Source: Candidatus Latescibacterota bacterium
GTDB lineage: Bacteria; Latescibacterota; UBA2968
DNA: 64,000 nucleotides
Assembly (NCBI GenBank): GCA_965204745.1
Contig: OZ242010.1
Span: 3,296,001 to 3,360,000, forward strand
Direction: 5' to 3'
In this document: positions 1-8,847 of the stretch, piece after piece
Numbering within the stretch: position 1 is the first letter of the stretch
Layout: the number at the start of each line of letters is the position of its first letter
Notes under the pieces: generated by a model
Database searches by the model: none
Told to the model about the DNA's origin: nothing
What the model saw: the letters and a program-made list of their open reading frames with translations, nothing else
Position numbers and translations under genes: made by a program

Positions 1-314
1 GAACTTTCGATTTCGCAACAAAAAGAAGTGCCGTGCCGCCGAAGGAGTTCGTACTCTGCTTTGGTGTAGATGAGCAGATCGATGGGAACGCGCCTATTGA
101 TTTCACGGAGCCTGTCCCGCACCATAAGCCGCCGCCGCATCCTTTCCCGATAGGTTTGTGAGATCGCCTCAGAGTCGAGGATGACCAGCAGATCTATATC
201 GCTGTCCGCGTTCTCTGTCCCCGATGCCTGGGATCCGAAAAGCACGATCCGATAGGGTTCAAGAGTCAAAAGACGCGAAACGATATCGCATAAGTCGTCG
301 GTTTGGGTCTTCAT
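1..314 (-). CDS. Minimal nucleotidyltransferase (MNT-type antitoxin family), runs off window start
   Basis: Manual translation MKTQTDDLCDIVSRLLTLEPYRIVLFGSQASGTENADSDIDLLVI... has the GS...DxD Pol-beta motif; not in the ORF track because the stop lies outside the window. Confidence 0.8.
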   Translation of the reverse strand, partial: MKTQTDDLCDIVSRLLTLEPYRIVLFGSQASGTENADSDIDLLVILDSEAISQTYRERMRRRLMVRDRLREINRRVPIDLLIYTKAEYELLRRHGTSFCCEIES

Positions 315-391
315 TTTTTGTCCGTTTATGTTATCGTCCCACCATCCCCTTCGGCGATCAGATGCATGAGAAAGGCGATGCTCGACAGGTG

Positions 392-781
392 TTACTCCTC
401 CGGCTCTTTCTTCCCTCTGTGACACATCTGGCAGGTGACTTGGGTAAATTGACCGTCTTTGAAGTCCTTGAGGATCTCGCCATTGATCTTCTGCGTCATG
501 GTGATCATGAGGCGGGCGATGTCTTTGTGGTAGTTTTCGTCGGATGCAAAGTCATAGGTGGATAGGGGTTTGTCTTCTTCCCCGACATGGCAAAAGTGAC
601 ACTTCACCCCAAGCGCGCGGCTAAATTCCTTCATGTGTTGCATGAGTTGCGCCTTTTTGATGTCTTTGGGCAGCACTTTCAAATTGGTATAGGTATCGGG
701 AATTTGCGCGAAAGACGCCGTGCCGATAGCGATGAGGGTACCGAGTGCGAGAACGAGTGCGACGAGAAGTGAGTATTTCAT
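392..781 (-). CDS. Exported diheme c-type cytochrome (photosynthetic RC cytochrome c subunit-like family)
   Basis: Signal peptide MKYSLLVALVLALG..., two CxxCH motifs (CHFCH, CQMCH), NLKVLP motif; AAGGAG RBS upstream of ATG 781. Confidence 0.8.
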   Translation of the reverse strand: MKYSLLVALVLALGTLIAIGTASFAQIPDTYTNLKVLPKDIKKAQLMQHMKEFSRALGVKCHFCHVGEEDKPLSTYDFASDENYHKDIARLMITMTQKINGEILKDFKDGQFTQVTCQMCHRGKKEPEE

Positions 782-900
782 GAGAATCTCCTTTGCTAAA
801 GCCTGCGACTGAATAACACCCCTGCAACACAGGCCATGAATGCCTGTATCAGGGTACAAAATTCCTAAATGGTCGACCGCTTGGGGGACGGGGATTGGGA

Positions 901-974
901 CTGACTACTGACTACTGACTACTGACTACTGACTACTGACTACTGACTACTGACTACTGACTACTGACTACTGA
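901..974. repeat. Heptamer tandem repeat (CTGACTA)n, left part (10.5 copies)
   Basis: Perfect 7-mer array seen directly; continues after the IS630 at 2123-2214. Confidence 0.97.
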
Positions 975-2122
975 TACCAAATTGAATTTATCTTGTCCTA
1001 TTATTATCTTTTATTTTTTGTTGTTCTACCCTATTGTGCGGAGGTGTCCATGTGGATTGACTATCCCAATCAGATTACAGAAAGCCCGGAAGCCTTGCTC
1101 CGGGAAGAAAAACGCCTGAAAGCCACCCCAATGGCTGATCGCGTGCGTTTCTTGCGCTTGCTCAAAAGCGCGACCTATCCCACGCAAACCCAAGTCGCTG
1201 ATCTGTTGGGATACGATGTGCGCACATTGCGGCGTTGGTGGCGTTGCTACCGCACGGAGGGCCTGCCCGGTCTTCTGGCGCAGGCCAAAAAACGCGGGGC
1301 CAAAGAGCGGATCACGGCTTCAGCACGCACGGCGTTGCTGGCGGCGATGAAGCAGGGAGAGATCGCCACCATGGAAGAGGCCCGGCAACTGCTTCAGACG
1401 CAGTTTGGTGTGGTCTATCGCAGTGTGAGTAGCCTGTCCAAGTGGTGCCAACGCCATGGGATCAAACGCAAGACAGGACGGCCTGTGCATGTGAAAACGG
1501 ATGGGGATCGCCAAGAGACTCTTAAAAAAACTTCGCCACGCTCATAACTCATGCCAAAACCGGGCATTCGCCACGCCGCCGGCGTGTCTTTGCCTTTGAT
1601 GAAGCCCGTTTTGGCTTGAAAACATGGCATCGGCGGCGCGGGTGTCCAAGCGGGCATCGTCCGCCTTGGCCAGTGCAGATGCGCTATGACTGGCTCTGGC
1701 GCTATGCTGCGGTTGAACCGGCGACGGGGCACTGCGTCTGTTTGTCTCTGCCCGCGTTGAACCAGGAGTCTTTTCAATGCTTTATTGATCATCTTCAACG
1801 TCTGTATCCCGAAGATTTGGTGATCCTCGTCCAAGACAATGCCCGGGCCCATTGTCGCGCAAAGGTGCGTTGGTCAAAGCAGATGGCCCCCTTTTATCTG
1901 CCGCCTTATTCGCCTCAACTGAATCCTGTGGAACGTTGGTTTGAGGGCTTGCGCGGGGCCTTATCTAACCGAGTCTTTGAGACGAGGGCGGCGTTAGAGA
2001 CCGCGTTGAGCGATGTGTTGCAAGCCTTTCGCAATGCCCCAGACCGGTTGGCGCGTTTGACCGGCTTTGGCTGGTGGTTACAAGCACTCGAAACATGAGG
2101 ACAGATTAATTTCAATTTGGTA
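975..2122 (+). mobile_element. IS630-family insertion sequence
   Basis: Terminal IRs TACCAAATTGAATTTATCTTGTCC / GGACAGATTAATTTCAATTTGGTA; HTH ORF plus DDE ORF; inserted in the heptamer array. Confidence 0.92.
1050..2098 (+). CDS. IS630 transposase, two ORFs joined by a probable -1 frameshift at CTTAAAAAAAC (~1521-1531)
   Basis: OrfA winged HTH (1050-1547); OrfB with DEARFG, QDNA and LPPYSPQLNPVE motifs; A7 slippery site at the overlap. Confidence 0.85.
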
Positions 2123-2214
2123 TGACTACTGACTACTGACTACTGACTACTGACTACTGACTACTGACTACTGACTACTGACTACTGACTACTGACTACT
2201 GACTACTGACTACT
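2123..2214. repeat. Heptamer tandem repeat (CTGACTA)n, right part (about 13 copies)
   Basis: Perfect 7-mer array seen directly. Confidence 0.97.
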
Positions 2215-2269
2215 TGAGCAATGGCGGGGTTGCCTCACCTCTCCCGTCTCCCCTCTTGTATCTTGGAAG

Positions 2270-2470
2270 TAAGGGTTAATTAGGAGTTGCGCCCTCGTAT
2301 CGAGATAAGCCATCTTGATGCCCGGCTCGGGGAAGGCCGGCCCCTCTTGAAGGCGATGACCTTGTAGGTAAGATAGGCCCCCCGACCACCGGGTCTATGC
2401 CGAAGAGTATCTAAGCCCCTTGAGGCTGCATATACAAGACCGGTAGACTTGGCGTCAATGGTCGGGACGC
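2270..2470 (+). ncRNA. Predicted IS110 bridge RNA, copy 1 (boundaries approximate)
   Basis: Guides CCCCTCTT (2341-2348), AGGTAAGA (2366-2373), AGAGTATCT (2404-2412) and ATACAAGA (2432-2439) match target and donor arms; each pair flanks an internal hairpin. Confidence 0.85.
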
Positions 2471-2522
2471 GACCCCGAGCGCACACCAGACCCTTACAAC
2501 CCCCTCATCACAGGAGGCCCCC

Positions 2523-3530
2523 ATGTCGAAATCTCAACCCGCTTTTGCCGGCATTGATGTCAGTGCCCGCACGTTGTCCGTTGCCCTGTCCAGACCCGGA
2601 CAAGCTGTCATGCAAGCGACCTTTGCCAATGATCCCCAAGCCCATAAGCGGTTGCTGCAGTGGCTCACGAAGGGCGGGCACATGGTCTCTGTGTGCCTCG
2701 AAGCGACCGGGCTTTACAGTTTGGGGGTGGCCTTGGCCTTGCATCGGCATCGCCACACAAAGGTCATGGTCGTCAATCCCAAAGCGATGAGCAAGTACGC
2801 CCAAGCCTGCATGCAACGGGCGAAGACGGATGCGAAGGATGCGTTGTTGATCCTCGACTATGCCGAGCGCATGCCTTTTGTGCCTTGGCAAGCGCCGAGC
2901 GAGCAACGGCTTCAACTGCAAGCCCTCACCAGACGCATTGACCAACTCAAGCAGGAGATCATCCGCGAACAGAGCCGCAACCACGCGCAGAGCTACCACA
3001 TCCGCAGCACACGGCGCATCGCACGCGATATTCAGGTGAATATTCGACACTTCAAACGCCGCATTGCCTACTTGGAAAGCCAAGCCCTCGATCTCGTTTT
3101 GCACGATGAGCCCCTCAAGCGTGCCTACCAACGCCTCTGCTCGACGCCTGGCATCGCGCAAACGAGTGCCTTGCGGCTCTTGGCCGAGTTGACCCTTTTG
3201 CCAGAGGAGATGCAACCGCCCCAGTGGGTCGCACATGCAGGCCTGGATCCCAAACCCAAACAATCCGGAACCGCCAATCCACAAAGACGCATCTCGAAAA
3301 CCGGGAATAAGTACCTCCGCCATGCCCTCTATATGCCTGCCTGGGTGGCCAGCAGACACGAAGTCCATGTCAAAGCCTTCTATGACCAACTCATCGCCCG
3401 CGGCAAGAAACCTTTGCAGGCTATCGTTGCGGTGATGCGAAAGTTGCTCCATTCGATCTGGGGCATGTTGCGCCATGACCAAGATTTTGAGGGCGAAAAA
3501 TTCTATCGAATCACCCCGAAAACCCCTTGA
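2523..3530 (+). CDS. IS110 DEDD recombinase/transposase
   Basis: GIDVS, LEATG, KTDAKDA (DEDD) and QSG serine motif; AGGAGG RBS. Confidence 0.95.
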   Translation: MSKSQPAFAGIDVSARTLSVALSRPGQAVMQATFANDPQAHKRLLQWLTKGGHMVSVCLEATGLYSLGVALALHRHRHTKVMVVNPKAMSKYAQACMQRAKTDAKDALLILDYAERMPFVPWQAPSEQRLQLQALTRRIDQLKQEIIREQSRNHAQSYHIRSTRRIARDIQVNIRHFKRRIAYLESQALDLVLHDEPLKRAYQRLCSTPGIAQTSALRLLAELTLLPEEMQPPQWVAHAGLDPKPKQSGTANPQRRISKTGNKYLRHALYMPAWVASRHEVHVKAFYDQLIARGKKPLQAIVAVMRKLLHSIWGMLRHDQDFEGEKFYRITPKTP

Positions 3531-3587
3531 CCTTTTAAGAGAGTATCTTACCTCTCACCGAAGGGGGTTGGGCGGGGTGGAAACTGC

Positions 3588-4613
3588 CTACTGACTCTCA
3601 AGCCATCGCAACTGATCCATTTCCGGAAACGGAACAATGCGATTTTCGAGCGGGCCAATACCTTCAAACGCCATGCACACGCGGTCGCCCTCGCGCAAAC
3701 CGGTCTCGAGATCGCGGTCGGAAAATACGATGGGCGTGCCCCAATAGAGAACTTGCAGGGTATCGGGTTTGAGGGGCAAGCGGGAAAAGAGCGAGCGTTC
3801 GAGGTGGAAGAGGCCGTCGGGCATGTTGAGGTGATCGCGCCCGGTGCGCCCTTCTTTGTGGGCGATGCACACCCCATTGCGAATCACCTTGCAAGAGACG
3901 GCCACACTGCGGTTGTCATAAGCCGAATCCGCGACCATCAACGGGCCTAAACTCGCGCAGCCATAAGACCAGTTTTTCGCCTGCGGCAAGTTGAGTGGGT
4001 TCTCGGCTTCGATGCCATTGTCCGTATAATCATTGCCCCCCGTGTACCCCAATCGCTCAATTTGACCTGTGGCGTTGAGCCCGTAAATGGTGACGAGTTC
4101 GGTTTCGGGCACCAGGCGGCGGGTGGTGTTCGGATATGAGATGCCGCCGCCGTGACCGACCAGAGCCGCGCTGTCGTTTTTGGCAAAGAGTTCGGGCATG
4201 CCGCCTTGCGCGCATTCTCGGTATTTTTGGTCGTACACATTGACGGTCTCGCCCGTGGCCTGCCTGGCCTCAATTTCGCGCAATTTCGCGCTGTCTTCAT
4301 GCGTGACGCCAGCCAGCCAAATCCGCAAGTTGTGCGGCGCGTCCCTCGGCGCCGTGACCGGGCTTATCAAGTGCGGTTGGTCAAAATCGCCCGCATTGTC
4401 CAACAAGTCGTCGAGCAGAAGGCGCGGCGCATCGCGGATATTGATCGCCTGCACGACAGACGCGATGCCATGTTCGCTCCCGCCGTGTCGATAATACAGG
4501 TCGTAAAGCGACGCCGGATGCGGAGCACGAGCCGTCAAGTCCAAAACATCGCGGCCCTCGACAAGCCCCAAGCGCGCACCGGTTCCGGGTTGTGCAAATT
4601 GCAAGAGTTTCAT
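3588..4613 (-). CDS. Fumarylacetoacetate hydrolase family protein
   Basis: AGVT, PELFAK, VPETEL, GNDY, EAENPLNLPQAK motifs; likely start MKLLQF at 4613. Confidence 0.8.
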   Translation of the reverse strand: MKLLQFAQPGTGARLGLVEGRDVLDLTARAPHPASLYDLYYRHGGSEHGIASVVQAINIRDAPRLLLDDLLDNAGDFDQPHLISPVTAPRDAPHNLRIWLAGVTHEDSAKLREIEARQATGETVNVYDQKYRECAQGGMPELFAKNDSAALVGHGGGISYPNTTRRLVPETELVTIYGLNATGQIERLGYTGGNDYTDNGIEAENPLNLPQAKNWSYGCASLGPLMVADSAYDNRSVAVSCKVIRNGVCIAHKEGRTGRDHLNMPDGLFHLERSLFSRLPLKPDTLQVLYWGTPIVFSDRDLETGLREGDRVCMAFEGIGPLENRIVPFPEMDQLRWLESQ

Positions 4614-4832
4614 AACTTGCCTCAGGAATAGGGGAATCAGTCGGAAAGACAAGAATAGGCACAATCGCCATCCGTGTAAAGCAGATTTTCGGGACGCGCT
4701 CTGCTCATCGCTGGCGAGCACGGGGGCATCGCCCCTACACACTGTTCGCCTTTGAACTAAACGCCCCTCTCCCCTATCCATTGCGGAGAGGGGATCATCG
4801 TTTTAAGACAACCTCGTAGGGAAATTGCGGTC

Positions 4833-6950
4833 ATGAAAAAAAGAAAACGCAGATCGACGGGCAAGACAGGTACGCCGGCTCGCCGCGAACCGCTTATGCT
4901 ACTTCCCGATCTACACGCGCTTCGCCTCAACCGCGACCTCGTCGGCATCGCGTTGCTCTTTGCCGGCGTGCTCGTCCTATACGCCGCCTCCACGCCGCGC
5001 ACCGTGATGTTAGAGGACGACGGCTTGTTCATCACCATCGCGACATTTGCCAGCGTTGGCCACCCGCCCGGCTATCCCCTGTACATCCTGCTCGGCCATC
5101 TCGCCTCGCTGTTGCCACTCGGCAGCGTCGCTTGGCGAGTGCATACCCTGAGCGGGCTGATGGGCGCGCTCACCTGCGCCTGCATCGCCTACCTCGTGTT
5201 GCGCCGCACCGGCAACCGGCCCGCCGCGTATTTGGCCGGCGCAGCACTCGCGGTCTCCGAGCATTTTTGGTCGCAGGCGATCATCGCCGATGTGTACACA
5301 ACCAACACCGCGGTGGTGTTCCTGACGCTGGCCCTCGTGCAAGAAGCGGCGGCGAATCGGAGTACGCGGCTGTGGATCGGCGCCGCGATAGTGTACGGCT
5401 TGGGCCTGGCTAATCACTATCCGCTACTGATCTTGTCTAGCCCCCTCTTTCTCGCCTACGCCATTGGGGCGGAAAGTCACCAAATCATCACCTCCAAGCA
5501 TCAGAATATCTACTTTCTCGCCAGGGATTTTTCTCGCCGCGTTCCCTACCTGCTTCCCATCGCGCTGCTCCCTGCGGCTGTCCTCTACGGCTGGATGGTG
5601 TGGCGTTCTCTCCAGCCATTGCCGGTCAATTTCTTAGGGCCCATTCAGTCGTGGGGCGCGTTCCTCACCTTCATCGACCGCAGCATCTACGGACATATCG
5701 ACCAGAACGTCAACGCCGACCTTTCCGACAAGTTGTTGTACGCCAAATATTTTGCGACGCAAGCACTGTTGCAATTTGGCATCGCGGGCGGCCTTGTCGC
5801 GCTGTGGGGCGCGTTCTCGCAGTATCGGACCGGCTGGCGTATCGGGCTTTTGTGCGAGACGCTCGCATTTGCCGCCAGCAGTTTCCTGCTCATCGCCATG
5901 CTCGGCTTCAACTACGAACCCCTCAGAATCTACACCTTCCGGCCGTATCCGCTGGTCGCGTACTGCATTTTCGCGCTCTGGATGGGCTATGGCATGCACG
6001 CATTGATGCGAGGCGTGCGCGATTGGCGCAAGCCGATGCTTCCGGCCATCTATGCCGCGTGCGCGCTCGGGGTGGCGGCCCTCGGCGTCTATAACGGAAA
6101 ACGCAACTATCGACCGCACGACCGGTTCGCAGCGGAGCAGGCGCAGGCAATGCTCGACATCGCCGAGAAGGATACCGCCTTTGTGCTTTACGCGGACCCG
6201 TATGTCGGCCCGATATCCTATCTTCACTATGTGGAAGGACAGCGTCCAAACCTCCGCCTGCTGGAGTATCACGGCTTGGTCTTCAGCGATAGGATCGTAC
6301 ATCCGTTGACGACGACCAACCAAAAGACCGCCGCGTGGGCCGAATTTCTTCGGAATGCGGATCAACCCGTGTATTCCCTGTGGTTCGGCCCGGCCTTTTC
6401 GGCGGCGGGCCTCGCGCATCTCGGCTTCTTTGTCGAAGTCAATAAGACCGTCGGATCGGGGCGAATCCAGATCAAGGGCAACGACAAGGCCAAAGAGTAC
6501 TTCGAGAAACTGATCGCGATGCCGGTGCCGAAGGACTGGCCGAACGCGGTCCATCGCAATGAAATGCTGAGAGGCTACGGAGAATATCTGGGTCTCGCAC
6601 AAGTGGATGAGCGGTCCGCGATGATCGATTACATCGCCGACATCCTGCCCTTGGCAAAAAGCAATTACTGGTCGCTGATGGGCATGGCCAAGGCGCTCGC
6701 GAGTCAAGGAGGCGACAGGCCCTTAGATCTGGCGGAAACCTACCTACAAAAAGCCGTGCAACTCGCGGGGGATGACCGCAACAAGGAGACCCGAGCAAAG
6801 GAATACTTCGTGGCCGGACAGATCGCACGGCGAAAGGGGAACGACAGCAGGGCGATAGCCTTGTTCCGCGAATCCTTGCGAATCGACAAGGCGCCATCCA
6901 ACCCATCCCATCAGGCACTCAAAGCGATGGGATTTCCCGGGCAGAAGTGA
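4833..6950 (+). CDS. DUF2723 / TMEM260-like GT-C membrane glycosyltransferase with C-terminal TPR-like region
   Basis: EDDGLF..GHPPGYPLY, WSQAIIADVY and ANH motifs; many TM helices. Confidence 0.8.
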   Translation: MKKRKRRSTGKTGTPARREPLMLLPDLHALRLNRDLVGIALLFAGVLVLYAASTPRTVMLEDDGLFITIATFASVGHPPGYPLYILLGHLASLLPLGSVAWRVHTLSGLMGALTCACIAYLVLRRTGNRPAAYLAGAALAVSEHFWSQAIIADVYTTNTAVVFLTLALVQEAAANRSTRLWIGAAIVYGLGLANHYPLLILSSPLFLAYAIGAESHQIITSKHQNIYFLARDFSRRVPYLLPIALLPAAVLYGWMVWRSLQPLPVNFLGPIQSWGAFLTFIDRSIYGHIDQNVNADLSDKLLYAKYFATQALLQFGIAGGLVALWGAFSQYRTGWRIGLLCETLAFAASSFLLIAMLGFNYEPLRIYTFRPYPLVAYCIFALWMGYGMHALMRGVRDWRKPMLPAIYAACALGVAALGVYNGKRNYRPHDRFAAEQAQAMLDIAEKDTAFVLYADPYVGPISYLHYVEGQRPNLRLLEYHGLVFSDRIVHPLTTTNQKTAAWAEFLRNADQPVYSLWFGPAFSAAGLAHLGFFVEVNKTVGSGRIQIKGNDKAKEYFEKLIAMPVPKDWPNAVHRNEMLRGYGEYLGLAQVDERSAMIDYIADILPLAKSNYWSLMGMAKALASQGGDRPLDLAETYLQKAVQLAGDDRNKETRAKEYFVAGQIARRKGNDSRAIALFRESLRIDKAPSNPSHQALKAMGFPGQK

Positions 6951-6972
6951 AATCGGAAAATAAAAAAATAAC

Positions 6973-8793
6973 ATGGCAAAAAGAACGCCTACAAACAGGA
7001 CGCACCGCAACAGATCGCCCGCAAAGCAAAGTCGGCGGGCGCGACAGCGGGCGGCCAGGGGAAACGCGAAGACGCGACAGCATCAACCGCGCCGCGAATC
7101 GCGCAAACCGACGCGGTGGGACGCGCTGGGCATCCTCGCGCTCGGCCTGTTGGTGGTGGTCAGCTACTTCCCCGCGTTCTTTGCCGGCTTTGTCTGGGAC
7201 GACGAGATCATCACCGAGTCAGTCGTCCAAAATTGGTCCGGCTTGTGGCACATCTATTTCTCGCCCACGGAGATCGAGCGCGAGGGGCACTACTGGCCGC
7301 TGGTCTATACGACCTTCTGGTTAGAGCACAAGTTGTGGGGCTATGCCCCGGCCGGCTACCACATCGTCAATGTTTTACTGCACCTCGTCAACACCCTGCT
7401 CCTTTGGCGTCTGATCGAGCGGTTGACCGTGCCCGGCGCGTGGATCCTCGCCGCCGTATTCGCAGTTCATCCCCTGCATGTCGAGTCCGTCGCCTGGGTG
7501 ATCGAGCGCAAGGACGTGCTCTCGGGGCTATTCTATCTCACCGCCTTCTCGACTTATGTTCGCTTCGCGGCGGAGAATCGTTCGACGCGGAGGCGAAGAA
7601 CCTATCTCTCGGCACTCGCGCTGTTCGCACTGGGGTTGCTGTGCAAGTCCATCGTAGTTACCCTGCCCGCGGCACTGGTGATCTATCACTGGTGGCAAGA
7701 TGACCGCATAACCGGCGCGGACCTGCTCAGGTTGGCGCCATTTTTCGCGCTGGGGCTGATCGCCGTGGTGGCGGATACCCTATTCTACCAGTCCAGAGAA
7801 CCCCTTGCCCTCGGCTACGCCATGCTCGAGCGGGTGCTCATCGCAGCGCACGCCCTGTGGTTCTACGCGGGCAAGTTGCTATGGCCGGTGGACTTAGCGG
7901 TCATCTATCCCCATTGGGACGTGAGCGTCACAGACCCGCTGGCCTGGAGTTATGTCATAGCCGCTGTTGCAGTGGTCGCGGCACTTTACGGCTTTCGACA
8001 TCGGATCGGGCGAGGGCCGCTGGCCGGCGCGCTGTTCTTCGCGGTGACCCTGTCGCCCGTGCTCGGCTTTGTGGACTTCGGGTACATGCAATTCTCCTTT
8101 GTCGCGGACCGTTACCAATATCTGGCCGGTATCGGGTTGATGACCGTGCTCGTCGGTGCCGCGACTTCTGGCGTGGGACGCCTGCCGGAGGGCTGGCGAA
8201 AGGGCGCGACGGGCGTCGCTGTGGTCGCGCTGATCGCCATGGGGACCCTGACCTATCAGCAGGCGGGCATCTACCGGGACGAGGTGACTTTCTTTAGCCA
8301 TATCGTCTCGCACAATCCCACGGCTCGGGGGGCATACCAAAATCTCGGCCGCGCACTGCTCGCCGTACAACGCCCGGAAGAAGCACTGGACGCTTCTCGC
8401 ATCGCCGTGGAACAAGACCCAGACGATGTCAAGGCGCGTGTCAACGCAGGCGTCGCGCTCATACGCTTGGGCCGGTTCGACGAGGGAGAGGCATGGTTGC
8501 GCCACGCCTTGGAACTGGATTCGCAACAGATGGTTGCCTTTCAGAACCTGGCAGAGGCACTCAGGCGCCAGGGCAGATTCGAGGAATCGCTCGAATTTTA
8601 TCGCACCGCGATTCAGATGGATCCCGAAAACGCCTTGCCGTATGCCGGTATGGGCGACGCCCTCTTTCACCTGAAGCGATACGGAGAGGCCCTTCAGAAC
8701 TTCAACCGGGCACTCGCGCTGGCTCCGACCCTAAAAACAGTGCGAGAGATGCGCGCATCCACGCTGACGTTCCTGGGGCGAACTGGCGAATAG
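6973..8793 (+). CDS. TMTC-like GT-C glycosyltransferase with TPR repeats (paralog 1)
   Basis: FVWDD, YWPL, FAVHPLHVESVAWVIERKD and ADRYQYL motifs; C-terminal TPRs. Confidence 0.82.
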   Translation: MAKRTPTNRTHRNRSPAKQSRRARQRAARGNAKTRQHQPRRESRKPTRWDALGILALGLLVVVSYFPAFFAGFVWDDEIITESVVQNWSGLWHIYFSPTEIEREGHYWPLVYTTFWLEHKLWGYAPAGYHIVNVLLHLVNTLLLWRLIERLTVPGAWILAAVFAVHPLHVESVAWVIERKDVLSGLFYLTAFSTYVRFAAENRSTRRRRTYLSALALFALGLLCKSIVVTLPAALVIYHWWQDDRITGADLLRLAPFFALGLIAVVADTLFYQSREPLALGYAMLERVLIAAHALWFYAGKLLWPVDLAVIYPHWDVSVTDPLAWSYVIAAVAVVAALYGFRHRIGRGPLAGALFFAVTLSPVLGFVDFGYMQFSFVADRYQYLAGIGLMTVLVGAATSGVGRLPEGWRKGATGVAVVALIAMGTLTYQQAGIYRDEVTFFSHIVSHNPTARGAYQNLGRALLAVQRPEEALDASRIAVEQDPDDVKARVNAGVALIRLGRFDEGEAWLRHALELDSQQMVAFQNLAEALRRQGRFEESLEFYRTAIQMDPENALPYAGMGDALFHLKRYGEALQNFNRALALAPTLKTVREMRASTLTFLGRTGE

Positions 8794-8847
8794 CGGATAA
8801 ACGAGGTAAGAGGGGAGAGGCAAGAGGTAAGATACTCTCTTAAAAGG

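Larger units (their letters stand above)
2258..3549 (+). mobile_element. IS110-family element, copy 1
   Basis: Ends defined by comparing three copies; core TCTT at both junctions (2254-2257, 3546-3549); no long IRs. Confidence 0.93.

Noticed and set aside
901-2214. Heptamer array as CRISPR
   Set aside because: Head-to-tail 7-mers with no spacers
2508-3482. 324-aa antisense ORF in each IS110 copy
   Set aside because: Shadow of the transposase with no recognisable motifs; its recurrence only reflects element identity
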